A DNA stretch of 63,120 bases, counting the filler, from Octopus bimaculoides (lineage: Eukaryota), in NCBI RefSeq assembly GCF_001194135.2. It is 3 parts of 3 records of this genome, joined end to end, with 100 filler letters (N's around TTAATTAATTAA, not from the genome) between each part and the next. Parts side by side here need not be neighbours in the genome. Positions count along the whole stretch, not along the records: positions 1 to 31,711 come from NC_068984.1; 2 more parts are not named here. One strand, written 5' to 3'. Of this stretch, positions 1-12,965 are shown piece after piece (the stretch's first letter is position 1; the number at the start of each line of letters is the position of its first letter). Under the pieces are notes generated by a model. The model was not told the DNA's origin. It was given only the letters and a program-made list of their open reading frames with translations, and made no database searches. Both the position numbers and the translations under genes were made by a program.

Positions 1-60
<60 letters not shown>
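1..60. repeat. (TAT)n microsatellite
   Basis: Pure TAT run at the window start. Confidence 0.95.
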
Positions 61-63
<3 letters not shown>

Positions 64-280
64 GGCGGCGAGCTGGCAGAATTGTTAGCGCGCTGGACGA
101 AATGCTTAGCGGTATTTTGTTCGTCGCTGTGATCTGAATTCAAATTCCGCAGAGGTTGACTTTGCCTTTCATCCTTTCGTGATCGACAAAATAAGTACCA
201 GTTGAACACTGGAGTCGATGTAATCGACTCATCCCCACCTACCCCAAGCTGCTCTTGTGGCAAAATTTTGAAATCATTAT
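61..280 (+). mobile_element. SINE family A copy (AAGGCGGCGAGCTGGCAGAA head)
   Basis: The same ~200-bp sequence recurs at about 3705-3901(-), 5043-5250(+), 9830-10021(-), 14815-14944(-), 31184-31365(+), 45575-45781(-), 52478-52682(+) and 54365-54510(-). B-box-like GAGTTCAAATTCC in most copies. Confidence 0.8.
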
Positions 281-329
281 AATTATCATTTTATATCATT
301 ATTATTACTATTATTATTATTATTATTTT

Positions 330-1850
330 CATTAGCATCTTCTTTCAATTCTGTTTTCATTTCTTGGCGTGTGTCCTCCTGACACTTAGGGCAGAGAGAC
401 ATATTGTATACACACCAGATTGTTCATTTACAAAGTCATATCATAGAGAAAAGGAGGAAGACAGAGAGAAAATAAAAAAAAATAAAAAATTAAATAAAGG
501 GGAAAAAGGAAAGAAAATCCACAGCAACGATGCTCTTCTCAATACGTGTGACCAGTTACCAGTTAAGACAATCTTTTGCACTTCCTGCATGGAAGGAAAG
601 CCAGGGATAATTCTTAAATAATTTTCAGTTCCCTTATTGATCATTCCAAGTGCTCCTACAATCACTGGTATTGTAACCGTCTTGAGATGCCACATCTTTT
701 CGATTTCGATTAGCAGATCTTTATATTTTCTGAGCTTATCAAATTCTTTTGCTGAGATATTATGGTCACATGGTATGCTCATGTCGATCAATAAATATAC
801 TTTACTGTTTCGGTCTTTCACAACAATATCTGGTTTATTTGCTTTGATGGTCCGACCTGTACATATTGGGAAGTCCCAAAGAATCGTTACATTTCTCCCT
901 CAGTTACAGCCTCGGGCTGGTGCTTGTACAATTTGTCAGAAGTCTTGATTTTATAACGCTGACACATTATCCAATGTAGATATTGACCAACTCTGTCATG
1001 TCTTGATTTGTACTCTACAGGTGCTAAAACCTTACATCCAGAGATTAGGTGGTCTGCTGGTTCTATCCCAGTATCGGCGCTTTGGGTCTACACCATTTTT
1101 CATCACATTGGCTTCAGAGTTCTGAGTCAATGAGCTCTGATCTTGGGCAGCCAAGATAAAGCCTTCACTCTCCGCCTTTAGCCCTGAGCTCCGTAGCTAC
1201 TGACGGGTGTGCTTCTGGTCTGCATCAGCTTGTTTGCTACGGGTCACATATTTGCTATGCAGAGGTTTTTGTTCCCATCTAACAGTCAATTGTTCAAGCA
1301 CATTTTGCTTTGCCATTGATCTCACCTTCTTTGCAACAACACTTGCCGCACTTCCATCAAACTCACTTGAAAATTTTTGCTCTCCTTCATAACAGAATGA
1401 AGTTTCTTACGTCTTTCATGGTTTTCAGCGAGCTTTAGCTTCCAGTCGTTAGATGTTTCAAGATATTTTGCCAGTCCAGATGTGGTAGTTTTGTAGGAAA
1501 TTTCAAATTGGATCAAGCCTCAACATCCTTGAGCTCTGGGTAGATAAAAACGATCTGCGTCTGCCTTTGGGTGGTGCATCTTATTGCAAGTCAGCATCTT
1601 ACGGATTTTCCTGTCAATCTTCCTTATTTCGCTCATGTTCCAGTTCAACACATTGAAATAACAACCGGAACTGCTAAGGAATTTATGGCAAATACCTTGT
1701 AACGAGCATTTAACTCGGATTCTAGGACTGCTCGACCTCTCCTGTAACATTCCTTCCTCATCTTCTCTTTCATACTTGCATGCTGAATGCCAGGACCCTC
1801 GTTTATTCCACGGTATTTGAAAGTTTGTTCCTGCCCGAGTTCTTCTTCTT
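330..1850 (-). mobile_element. 5'-truncated R4/Dong-like non-LTR retrotransposon (RT thumb, zinc-knuckle region, REL endonuclease), degenerate
   Basis: Minus-strand ORF pieces: IRKIDRKIRKMLTCNKMHHPKADADRFYLPRAQG, HLISGC, KPDIVVKDRNSKVYLLIDMSIP...KYKDL...IPVIVGALG. Stops and frameshifts present. Flanked by TAA repeats on both sides. Confidence 0.8.
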
Positions 1851-2339
1851 CTTATTATTATTATTATCGGAAGTAGTTGTGTCTTATCTATTATTGTGTA
1901 TCACTTTGTGTGCCTTGCTGTTCTTCCTGCATAAAAGGTGAATTATTTAAATATAAAATATTTCTCCGAGTTTGAAATTTCCCCAGTGAGAAAGTCAGAG
2001 AGAGGAGGAGATAGAGAGAAAGCGAGTGAAAGATAGAGATAGAGAGAAAAGATTCTAGGTTAAATTAATGATACTGTCTGCCACTGACGCAACACAATGA
2101 AGTTATTGTAGTGTAACAGCAAAGGGAGAACACCCATCATCAGCGCAGCCTTATCAGAAATATTTCGTCAAGATAATGACCGCGAAGTAATTTCCTTCAT
2201 CTTGAAATATGTTGAATCTATAAATCTATAATGGCCAAGAACTGTGCCTTTCCTAGCCGAGAATATCAACAGTTTATTTAAAGATGTGGTGTTCATATAC
2301 ATATACATACATACACACACTCACACACTTAGATGTACA

Positions 2340-2402
2340 TGTATGTATGTATGTAATTGTATATATGTGTGTGTGTATGTATGTATGTAGTATGCATGTA
2401 TC

Positions 2403-2462
<60 letters not shown>
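2340..2462. repeat. (TG)n/(TATG)n compound microsatellite
   Basis: Direct reading. Confidence 0.9.
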
Positions 2463-2464
<2 letters not shown>

Positions 2465-5400
2465 CAAAAAAATTTTCAGAATTGTAAAACGATAAGAAAA
2501 GATAAGAAGTGAGTTGGAATTAATTTCTTAGTTGTCTTAGTCTACTGCCTCATATGATAGTCGAAGAATTTACTTTGAAATGAAGAAGGAAATAGTTTTT
2601 ACATCGAAAACAAAAAAAAAGGTAAAACCGTTTCCGTAGAAGATATGATTATAATGAAACGAAAATATTTGATAAAGACAGTAAAGTTTCGAGAGTAGGG
2701 CTAGTGAGACTCTAAGAGATATGGTGCTCTAGAACATGCTGAGTCATAGCGGAATTGTGTAAAAAGAAGAAATGAGACCTCGGTGTATATCACATACAAT
2801 TAGATTTTTAATTAACGAAGATCATATGACATTGTCTTCTTAAATGATGGTTTAAACAATTATGTAAATGTGTTAGATTTATTTATCCTTTGTATTCAAA
2901 TAAATGGATACAGCTTCCAATTTTCACCAAGGAGAACACTTTCACTTCTTGATTATCTTTGCAGCGTAACATAGAAACACATACTTTGACAAGCAGAATA
3001 AGATTCTAAATGGTTTCAGCTTGACCATCCGATGACCTGCATTTGTTGCGGTGTAAGGAATGGAATTATTATTAAAGGAGATAAACTAGAAACAATAAAG
3101 TGGCCAGCATCGGGCAGAATATCAGTGTTGTTTCTTACAGACTTGGTATCTACAGAAGTCAATATACACCATGTATGTAAATATTGTAATATAATGATGG
3201 TGATGATGATGATAATAATAATAATTATTATTATGATGATGAATGAAATTCTTGTGTATAGTGCTCAGGTGCACTGCAACTCATCAAAGGTGCATGTACA
3301 GTAGATAGAATTAGGTACAAAAGTCAGGAAAGTGAACAGTGTATGAGTCATGATATACAGGTGTGCATGTGTATGAAGGGTGGGGGGATATCAGGTGTCA
3401 TGTTGGTGAATTTCAGGAAGCATGGAGGTTTTAAAGGATGCAATGTCTTGGCAACTAACAATTGATGCAGGTAGTTTGTTCCATGCTTCAGCAACTCTGA
3501 GTGTGAAAAAATGTTTCCGAAAGTCATGGGAGCTGTGCTGTTTTCTGACTTTGTAGGCATCCTTACATGTGTAAAAATTTGATTTGTATAAGTCTCTGAT
3601 CTTTCTTCAGCTGTACCTGTGTGTGTAGTATGTCTGTCTGTCACTCTCCCTGTCTATCAACACAGACATTTTTCTTTTAATTTTCACAATTATTACTTTC
3701 TACTCTAGGCACAAGGCCCGAGATTTTTGGGGAGGGGACCAGTCGTTTAGATCGACCCCAGTACGCAACTGGTACTTAATTTATCGACCCCGAAAGTATG
3801 AAAGGCAAAGTCGACATCTGTGGAATTTGAACTCAGAACGTAAAGACAGACGAAATACTGCTCAGCATTTCGCCTGATCTGCTAACCACTCTGCCAGCTC
3901 GTCACAATTATTGGTGGCAGACAAACATTCCCAAACATCGGCGTCCCTGAAGCGTTAAAATATGAATGCACAAAGTAGCATTAATGGATTCTGGAGATCA
4001 ATATTTCACTCAAGAGGAAGACGAAATAAATGTTCCCCTCTTGGCCATATTGAAGTCATTTCCTATCTTAAGTAAATTAGGAAGAAATCATCTCTCAGGG
4101 TTCTGGTGGGTTCAGCGAAAGGTATTGGTTTAATAATGGTCTTTTAGAATCGCTCCAACATTAGCAAAAACGCACTTGTACTAGTTCCCGCCACCACCAC
4201 CTACATATATTTCCATAATGGTTAATTCCTCAACCATTGGCATTGGTAAAAAGTGAAATAGCTTCATAACAAAAATCTACATCAGTAGATGGCGATTCTT
4301 GTAGGAAGCCACACTTGATTCTATGAAGAGAAGTGTCTTGTTTCAAGGAATTTGTCATCTTCTGCATATACCCTTTACTCCCATTAATAGCTACTTTACA
4401 GATTAGAAGATGACAGATGAAGGTCACAGCGTCACATTCCCACCGGGCAATGAGAAATATTTGGGTGAATAACACTTGATAAAACTTTGATTTGTTCTAC
4501 AATGTGAATAAATCTGGAATAAAAATAAATCAAATAGATTTGAACCTGTAAAAGTTGTGAGCAGTAAAATAAAGCTGCAATGTTTTTGTATGAAATTCTA
4601 TAACTCTGTCTCAAGCATTTCATCACTCATCAACAGCGAATAAAGACTTGTGTTCATTCACATACACATCGTTATTTTTGCACAAGGCAAATATCTAATG
4701 ATCACATTGCACACACACACACTGATTTATTCCTGTAGGCAGCTGTTTAAACAGTAATTATGAACACTGCTGGCATTCAACTCATGAATCAAACCTCAAA
4801 TATGGTTTAGAGACAATATCAGAAGTGAGTGTGTGTAGAACTGATTGCAGATAACAAAAGGGAATTGGTGACAGAGGAATTTTACTGCACATTTTGTTTG
4901 AAATGGGGTCACTTCAACACCGTGTGCATGTGTGTATATGTGTTAAATAGAATGAAACAACAAAGCCAAGGCTGTGTGGAATTTTCAGGACATTTATAAA
5001 GAGAAAGTTAGTCTTCAGCATACACACACACACAGCATATAAGGTGATGAGCTGGAAGAATCATTAGAATGCCGAGTAGATGCTTAGCGACATTTCGTCT
5101 GTCCCTTACATTCTAAGTTCAAATTCCACCGAGGTCGATTTTGCTTTTCGTCCTTTCAGGGTTGATAAAATAAGCACAAGTTATGAGCACTGAGATTGAT
5201 GCAGTCGAACTGACTCTTCTCCGAAATTGATGGCATTGTGCCAAAATGTAAAACGTATATAAATTGTGGTGGGGTGGGGTGGGGGTCGAGAGAGAGAGAA
5301 TTCCTTACCAAGTCTTTATGAACTAAAAGAATTCACGACGTAAAATTGGTAGACCATTCCTAGTTTAATGACAAATTTAGGGATTATTTAAAACGCCTCA

Positions 5401-5717
5401 ACATAAAAAGTAATGATTAGAAGGTTACTGCAAAAAGCCAAAATGACAGGGGAAGATGGTTCCATAGAGGATGAGTAAAACTTTGAAGCACAAAGAATCC
5501 TTCACCATAACCAGACGCATGAAAACAGAAAGTGAAATTATCAAAAATACGAATAAACTTGCAAACTTTCACTGTCCAATTGTAACTTTGCTGCCAGATC
5601 GAATATTGGCTGAACTGGTCATCCCTGTTGCTCACGCTGCTCAAAGTAACGTAATTCTGATATGCGCAAAGCTCCTTCAATACAAATGCGTAGTCAGGAA
5701 ATTGAACAAAATCCTTT

Positions 5718-6290
5718 ATCATCATCATCGTTTAACGTCCGCTTTCCATGCTGGATTGAGTGGGACGGTTTAACTGAGGACTGGCAAGCCAGAAAACTGA
5801 ACCAGGCTCCAAACTGATCTGTCAATGTTTCTACAGCTGGATGCCCTTTCTAACGCCAACCACTCCGAGTGTAGTGGGTGCTTTTACGCGCCACAGACAC
5901 GAGGGTCAGTCAGGCGGTTCTGGCAACGACCACACTCAAAACGTATTTTTTACGTACCACCTGCACGGGAGTCAGTCCAGCGGTACTGGCAACGATGGTG
6001 CTTTTAATGTTACTGTCATCAGCCACGTCAGCGATTTTGATTTCACTTGCCTCAACAGGTCTTCGCAAGCAAAGTTTATAGTCCAATGAATGAGGGGTAT
6101 TCATAAATGGGCTGGTTATACACCACTGGCATAGGCCACGGGTTATGGCCTCTTGGCTTGTTGGGTCTTCTCAAGTACAACGTATCTCCAAAGGTCTCGG
6201 TCACTACTCATTGCCTCGGTGAGGCCCAATGTTCGAAGGTCTCATCTCAGGTCTTCCTGGGTCTACCTCTTCCACAGGTTCCCTCATACA
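5718..6290 (-). mobile_element. RTE-clade LINE 3' end with (GAT)n tail
   Basis: Minus strand encodes the RTE C-terminal motif EGTCGRGRPRKT, followed by a long 3' UTR ending AAACGATGATGAT. Further copies at about 6610-6900(-), 7355-7570(-), 17045-17270(+), 22460-22762(+), 25640-26025(-), 29339-29505(-), 34010-34545(-), 35650-35815(+), 38960-39270(+), 40160-40295(-), 47445-48365(-) and 49835-50380(+). Confidence 0.8.
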
Positions 6291-7866
6291 TAATAAAAAA
6301 AAATTAACTACAGTACCGTGCAAAAAGTCTTCGGCCACTTTAAACTATTGCGTCTTTTACAGATGAAACATTGGCCCTGTTGGAGTCATTTCCATACCTA
6401 ATCTTTATATTTTGTAGTAGGGGTTCTGAATGAGAGATGTGAGACGACTACCAAAAATGGCCATGCAAAAGTTTTCGCTCACCTCAAATAAACCAATCAA
6501 GATAGTGTTTTAAAACAGAAAAATATCTATAACGAAAATGTATTACATAATGTTCATTTCACGAAGTTTACTGTATACATTGTTAATATTTCGTGTGGCT
6601 TCCCATAGCTTGAATAATTGCTGGCATGTGTTGGACTGTTTGACTGCAAACTGGTAAGCTGTACCAGGCTCCAATCTAATCTGGCAATGTTTCTACAGTG
6701 TAGTGGGTGCCAGTTACGCAGCACCGGTATCGGCCACGACAAAGATCTCACTTGGGTTGACAGGTCTTCTCAAGCACAGTATATCGCCAAAGGTCTCGGC
6801 CACTAGTCATTGCCTCTGAAATTATGCTTCACCACCTCATCCTGTCTCCCTGTCTCCACCTCTTACACAGCTGTCCTCGTCCATATGCACCACATGACCA
6901 TACTGTCATCTTTTTCCAATATTGAGAACATCCAGCCGTAGAAAATCTGCATCAATAAATTCTGTCTGATCCATGTAAGCATGGAAAAGTGGACGTTAAA
7001 ACACTGATGAACACACACACACTACCTCAATGACTTCATCTAGCCACTCTTCAGCCAGCATCATCTGCTCCCATGGACACACAATAAAGATTGGTTGGAA
7101 ATAGATGACCTCATTTAAAAATTGTTGGAGGCAATTATCTGATCTCTTATGACCCAACCTGATTCATGGTCAGCTGATATTGTTTGCTGGTTTCTCACCA
7201 TTGCACACCAATCATGATTACTTTGCAATTATTCTTTCGTCAACATGGGTTAATTTCAAGAAATATAGCAGACATATTTTAACTTTTAGTAAATTTCTTG
7301 GTGAATACAAATTTCTTAGTATTACCTTAGAATAAAGTTGAATGAAATAGCCAGATCATCATCATCATCATCGTCGTTTAACGTCCGCTTTCCATGCTGG
7401 CATGGGTAGGATGGTTTGACTAGGACTGGCAAGCAAGAAGGCTGCACCAGGATCCAATCTGATCTGGCAATGTTTCTACAGCTGGATGCCCTTCCCAACG
7501 CCAACCACTCCAAGAGCATAGTGGGTGCTTTTTATGTCACCGGTATGAGGGCCAGTCTGGCGGAAGTGTTGTTCACATGCCAGTATGGGAACACTGAGTT
7601 TTAAAAAAGAACAAAACAAGAAAATGCCACATTAATTTCATATTATGGAAGTTCACATACACACAGTGTATGTAACATTCCTCTACTCACTTTCTGGCAC
7701 AAAGCCTAATATATGTACTCATCCTGCACCTCAACTTGGTGTCTTTTTTCTACTCTCTTGTGACCAAAGGAATCAATCAACCAACCAACCAACATTCATT
7801 ATATAGACATAAATCTCAATTAGGAACAAGTAATAAAGAACAAAGACATGTCAAGATTTTCCAGTG

Positions 7867-7872
7867 TTTATT
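7867..7872 (-). terminator. RPL29 polyadenylation signal AATAAA
   Basis: TTTATT on plus, 30 nt past the stop codon; short 3' UTR as is typical of ribosomal protein mRNAs. Confidence 0.7.
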
Positions 7873-7902
7873 TCCTACAACACCTCAAAACATTCTTCCT
7901 TC

Positions 7903-8076
7903 CTAAGAAGTAGTAGAAGTGGCTTTTCCTGCAGTTTTGGATTCAACTTTGGCGGCAGCTCGTTTGGCCATTTTAATTTTGTGTCTCTCCTCCCGCAGCT
8001 GTCTCCTATCTTCTTTTGGAATTAATTTGTTGTGTTTTCGAGCAAACCGAAGATTTCTCAGATACTTCCTGTCAAC
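7903..8076 (-). CDS. RPL29: 60S ribosomal protein L29 (eL29), last coding exon
   Basis: TTTGCAG acceptor, then VDRKYLRNLRFARKHNK (eL29 motif VDPKFLRNxRFAKKHN) plus a K/R/A-rich tail and stop; phase 0, matching the preceding exon. Confidence 0.95.
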   Translation of the reverse strand, partial: VDRKYLRNLRFARKHNKLIPKEDRRQLREERHKIKMAKRAAAKVESKTAGKATSTTS

Positions 8077-8407
8077 CTGCAAATGATACAATTAAACATT
8101 TAACAATCAAAACAACACATTTCACCAACCACACATACTTCATCACAGTAAAATATCAGAAATATATTCCTTACAAGATAACCACTGACTCCTAATAAAT
8201 AATGGATAAAACAATGCATAACAGTTGCAGGAGACAAGTGCTATTGCAAATTTATGGGAAGCTCTATGGAGCAATCATCAACCCATTCTTAACAGGTTCC
8301 ACAAGATTTTCTGTTGTATCCGTCCTTCCAAGATACAGTCTAGAACAAAGACTTAACAAATTATGTAAATATTTTTAAAGATTACAACTACTTCTTCATT
8401 GGTGAAA

Positions 8408-8660
8408 GCCCATGGCAATCACGAGGTGGTGAGTTCAATTCCTATCTGTGTATTGTGTCTCCTTGAGCAAGACACTTTATTTCATATTGCTGCAGTCCAC
8501 TCAGCTGGCAAAAATGAGTTGTACCAGTAATTCAAAGAGGCCCAGTCTTGTCACATTCTGTGTCATGCTGGGTCGATATCATGGGTTGTGCATGTCTGTG
8601 GAGTGCTCAGCCACTTGCACAAGCGAGTTATTCTGTTGATCAGATCAACTAGATCACATT
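8408..8660 (+). mobile_element. SINE family D copy (tRNA-like head), partial
   Basis: Shares CAAGTGGCTGAGCACTCCACAGACA and GATCCGATCAAC cores with fuller copies at 33588-33972(-) and 48572-48955(-); another partial copy at about 12225-12505(+). Confidence 0.7.
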
Positions 8661-8770
8661 CATGTGTCATAACCAAAGGAATACCGGTTATACTCTTTAG
8701 ATTCAGAAACATTATTAAAAAAAATAAATTTTTTTCTCTAAATGACAACATAAGTTAAAAGATTACTTAC

Positions 8771-8835
8771 ACCTTTCATTGAAGGACATCTGAATCTCTT
8801 TGGTCTGTAAATACCATTACGGTGAGCTTTGCTGT
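8771..8835 (-). CDS. RPL29: 60S ribosomal protein L29, middle coding exon (65 nt)
   Basis: TTTCAG|ACAGCAAAGCTCACCGTAATGGT...ATGAAAGGT|GTAAGT = (N)SKAHRNGIYRPKRFRCPSMKG; phase 1 in, phase 0 out; joins both flanking exons in frame. Confidence 0.95.
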
Positions 8836-8915
8836 CTGAAAGAATGCAATGTGGACATAGAATAAATAATAATACAAGTCCAGATATAAAGTTGTTAATG
8901 TAAATATTTCACAGG

Positions 8916-9058
8916 TCATGTCCCTGGGGTTCAACGGCACACCACAGTCAATGCATGACTGAGATGCTTCCTATCCAGGATTTGATGTTATCTCCTGTAA
9001 ATGTTTACTGGCAGAGATGTAGTCATTAGAGAGGCTACCCTCCGTGGCTGGAGATGTT
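8916..9058 (-). ncRNA. SNORA65: Box H/ACA snoRNA, SNORA65/snR34-like, copy 1
   Basis: Hairpin-ACAUCA (H box)-hairpin-ACA+3 nt; pockets GCCAC/GCCAGU and GAUAGGAA/GCCG; 3' end 80 nt upstream of the RPL29 exon acceptor. Confidence 0.85.
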
Positions 9059-9605
9059 GCAATAAAATGAATGAAAATAATAATGGTTTCAGATTCTGTT
9101 AGAAGGGGAGCAATCTTGGAGGTGAATCAATTACATCGACCCCCCAGTACTCAACTGGTACTTTCTAAAGATGAAATCTTGCAAACCAGATAACCATTCA
9201 CTAATATTAAATCAGGGCAACATGCTAAAAGTAACAGCCAAAACTCATTCAAATCATACTAAACTGAAAGCTAGTGTATCTAGAACTACAATATCTTGTC
9301 TGAATTATAAGAGATGATCATAGCTGCTATGGTTTTCATTGCAAGTCTTAAGGTTATACAAAGGCTACGAAATTGAAAAACTTGAGGGAATTCATAAATA
9401 CAATTATCTAACAATTATTGTTGAAAATACAAGAATCAATTATTTTAAACATTGGTGTAAACTATGTATAAATAGAGGAAAATGGGAAACAGATCCTTGG
9501 AATATTGCTACTATGTACCCCTAAAGCCCTGCTCAAGCCTATTAAAATTAAATCTAAATTTATTGCCCTAACTAAAATTTATAAGATTTAGCTGAAAGTC
9601 AGCGT

Positions 9606-9794
9606 TAGTGTCCCTGGGGTTAAACGGCACACCACAGTCAATGTATGACTGAAATGCTTCCTATCCAGGATTTGATGTCATCTCCTATAAATGTTACTGG
9701 NNNNNNNNNNTCCAGGATTTGATGTCATCTCCTATAAATGTTACTGGCAGAGATGTAGACATTAGAGAGGCTACCCTCCGTGGCTGGAGATGCT
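9606..9794 (-). ncRNA. SNORA65: H/ACA snoRNA copy 2 (interrupted by a 10-N gap with overlapping read ends)
   Basis: All boxes and guides present; 9665-9700 is repeated at 9711-9746 across the gap (assembly overlap). Confidence 0.8.
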
Positions 9795-11418
9795 GCAATA
9801 AAACGAATCAAAAATAATATTGGTTTCAAATTTGACCAGCAATTTTGGTGGAGCAGATGAGTCAATTACATTGACCCCAGTAGTCAACTGGTACTTATTT
9901 TATCAAAAGGATGAAAGGTAAAGTCGACTTTGGTGGAATTTGAACTCAGAACATAGCAACAGGTGACATACTGCTAAGCATTTCATCCAGCACGCTAACG
10001 ATTCTGCCAACTTGCCACCTTAATAATAATATGTAAGAGGAAGAAGTTGATAAACCTTCAATATTCTAAAGATGAAATCTTGTAAACCAAATAACCATTC
10101 ACTAATACTGAATCAGGGCAACATGCTAGAAATAACAGCCAAAACTCATTCAAATCATATTAAAGTGAAGGATGGTGTATCTAGAACTACATTATCTTGT
10201 CTGAATTATAAGAGATGATCATAGCTGCTATGGTTTCGGTTAATTTTAAACGAAGGTTACTGAANNNNNNNNNNNNNNNNNNNNNNNNNNNNNNNNNNNN
10301 NNNNNNNNNNNNNNNNNNNNNNNNNNNNNNNNNNNNNNNNNNNNNNNNNNNNNNNNNNNNNNNNNNNNNNNNNNNNNNNNNNNNNNNNNNNNNNNNNNNN
10401 NNNNNNNNNNNNNNNNNNNNNNNNNNNNNNNNNNNNNNNNNNNNNNNNNNNNNNNNNNNNNNNNNNNNNNNNNNNNNNNNNNNNNNNNNNNNNNNNNNNN
10501 NNNNNNNNNNNNNNNNNNNNNNNNNNNNNNNNNNNNNNNNNNNNNNNNNNNNNNNNNNNNNNNNNNNNNNNNNNNNNNNNNNNNNNNNNNNNNNNNNNNN
10601 NNNNNNNNNNNNNNNNNNNNNNNNNNNNNNNNNNNNNNNNNNNNNNNNNNNNNNNNNNNNNNNNNNNNNNNNNNNNNNNNNNNNNNNNNNNNNNNNNNNN
10701 NNNNNNNNNNNNNNNNNNNNNNNNNNNNNNNNNNNNNNNNNNNNNNNNNNNNNNNNNNNNNNNNNNNNNNNNNNNNNNNNNNNNNNNNNNNNNNNNNNNN
10801 NNNNNNNNNNNNNNNNNNNNNNNNNNNNNNNNNNNNNNNNNNNNNNNNNNNNNNNNNNNNNNNNNNNNNNNNNNNNNNNNNNNNNNNNNNNNNNNNNNNN
10901 NNNNNNNNNNNNNNNNNNNNNNNNNNNNNNNNNNNNNNNNNNNNNNNNNNNNNNNNNNNNNNNNNNNNNNNNNNNNNNNNNNNNNNNNNNNNNNNNNNNN
11001 NNNNNNNNNNNNNNNNNNNNNNNNNNNNNNNNNNNNNNNNNNNNNNNNNNNNNNNNNNNNNNNNNNNNNNNNGGATTAAGCCAACAGACATGTTACTACA
11101 AAATAGCATCAAGTTAGAAGCTACAATGCTTCATTGACTATTGTATCATTACATCTTTCAACACAGATTTGTCAATACATATCCAAAATTATTGCCTGGT
11201 TAAGCATACGCGCTTTTATCTACAGCCAAACTGGGATTATCAACTGAAATAATCCATTTATTTCTTTGATCCAAACCACTCATTAGACAGTGGCCAAGCC
11301 ACAGCTCCACCATAAAGGTCTTAGACAATTATGTCAGCCTCACTACTTCATCTATTGATTTCTTTTATTGTCTATCAAATTCCAGTGTTAACCTCCAAAG
11401 TCTCAAAGTAGAAGATAC

Positions 11419-11470
11419 CTGCCCTTAACATTGTCTAATAAGAATGGACTTCTTCAGCATGGAACCATTT
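11419..11470 (-). other. Candidate 52-nt non-coding/poison cassette exon (a)
   Basis: CTACAG|AAATGGTTCCATGCTGA...GGGCAG|GTATCT; acceptor 76 nt downstream of snoRNA copy 3. Confidence 0.45.
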
Positions 11471-11546
11471 CTGTAGCAAGTCCTTTAACAGAAAACTAAA
11501 TCACTTCAAATTCCACGAGACATTAGCATCTGAAGACAAAATGATA

Positions 11547-11689
11547 AAATGTCCCTGGGGTTAAACGGCACACCACAGTCAATATATGACTGAAATGCTT
11601 CCTATCCAGGATTTGATGTCATCTCCTATAAATGTTTACTGGCAGAGATGTAGACATTAGAGAGGCTACCCTCCGTGGCTGGAGATGCT
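11547..11689 (-). ncRNA. SNORA65: H/ACA snoRNA copy 3
   Basis: Same fold, boxes and guides; ends GGGACATTT. Confidence 0.85.
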
Positions 11690-12823
11690 GCAATAAAACA
11701 GACTTACTTTGTACAATATACAATGTTTATTTGTTGTGTATCTCATCTAGACAAGTCATAGACCTATGGAGTTGTTGTCCTCCCTACTTTGCTGTACACC
11801 AGTCAGACACTGACAGTTCACAGGCACACATCAAGTTGAATCACATCTGAACTAACAATGCTGGCTGCTGTACTCGACAAACCCCAAAAACATTGAGCCC
11901 ATCCCTGTTGCCCACAGCAACGAGACTTGTCAGGTCACATTTGCCAGAATGATTGAGAAAATAACATTAATTTGGTGGTGTGGATGTTGCAGCACAAATT
12001 CTACAAGGACTTCCCTCAAAGACTGCAGAAAAGATTTTAGCGTTAACCCAGTCATGGGTTCTGCTCCTGAGAGATCAACCAGCTGCTATCAAGAAAGTTA
12101 CACTTGAGCAGAAGAGCCAAGCTAATGATGCCTAAAGCCAGTAGGGGGAGCTGCCAGCCATTAGTCACATCATCAGCATCACCCACATGGATGTAAACAC
12201 AAAGGTTTTTTACACACATACATTTTGTGAAGGCTTAATGGTGAGGGTATCTGACTCACGGTCATGAGTTCAATTCCAAACAGCACTCTATATCCTTGAG
12301 CAAGACGCTTCATTTCACATTGCTCCAGCCCACTCAATTGGCAAAAACGAGTTGTATCAGGAGTTCAAAGGGCCAGCCTCTTCATATTGTGTCATGCTGA
12401 ATCTCCGTTAAAGGTAGTTGTGTCTGTGGAGTGGTCAGTCACAAGCAGGCTGTACAGTTGATCAAATCAACTGGAACATTCGTCATCATAACCAATGGAG
12501 TGTCACTGTAAATCTGACAGCAGAGCCTGACACGATCTGCTGGCTCGCCAGGTCCTGTCAACCTGTCCGACCCATGCCAACATGGAAAATGAATGTTAAA
12601 TGGTGTTATGACGACCCAATGATAGCAATACAAGGAGACTAATGCACATCCATAATGGCATAAGTACCATGCTGCAGGATTGAACAAGAAACCATGTGAT
12701 TGTGAAGGAAACTTAAATACCACACAGCTACAAGTGTGCCTAAGGACAAATATACCTTGGAATCTTCTGTAAAAAATATTGTAATTGAATCAAACTGCAG
12801 CACTTATCACTGCTCAAACTAAA

Positions 12824-12965
12824 CTATGTCCCTGGAGTTCAACGGCACACCACAGTCAATGCATGACTGAGATGCTTCCTATCCAGGATTTGATGTTATC
12901 TCCTATAAATGTTACTGGCAGAGATGTAGTCATTAGAGAGGCTACCCTCCGTGGCTGGAGATGTT
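12824..12965 (-). ncRNA. SNORA65: H/ACA snoRNA copy 4
   Basis: Same fold, boxes and guides; ends GGGACATAG. Confidence 0.85.

Noticed and set aside
4230-4626. Weak kinase-like words (IKVLSSVIHPNI, NGS) on the minus strand
   Set aside because: Requires a frameshift, spacing is off, and no other kinase motifs are present; likely chance.
5417-5773. ~100-aa ORFs on both strands
   Set aside because: No recognisable domain or splice structure; they run into an RTE tail.
8156-8350. Possible C/D or H/ACA snoRNA in the last RPL29 intron (TGATGA...CTGA; small hairpin at about 8310-8340)
   Set aside because: No terminal stem, no clear rRNA antisense element and no properly placed ACA.
9665-9746. Apparent internal duplication within snoRNA copy 2
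   Set aside because: The duplicated ~36 nt sit on either side of a 10-N gap, typical of unmerged overlapping contig ends.
10215-11117. Long ORFs spanning N gaps (also 15138-16106, 36546-37557, 49500-49913, 60733-61950)
   Set aside because: Artefacts of translating Ns.
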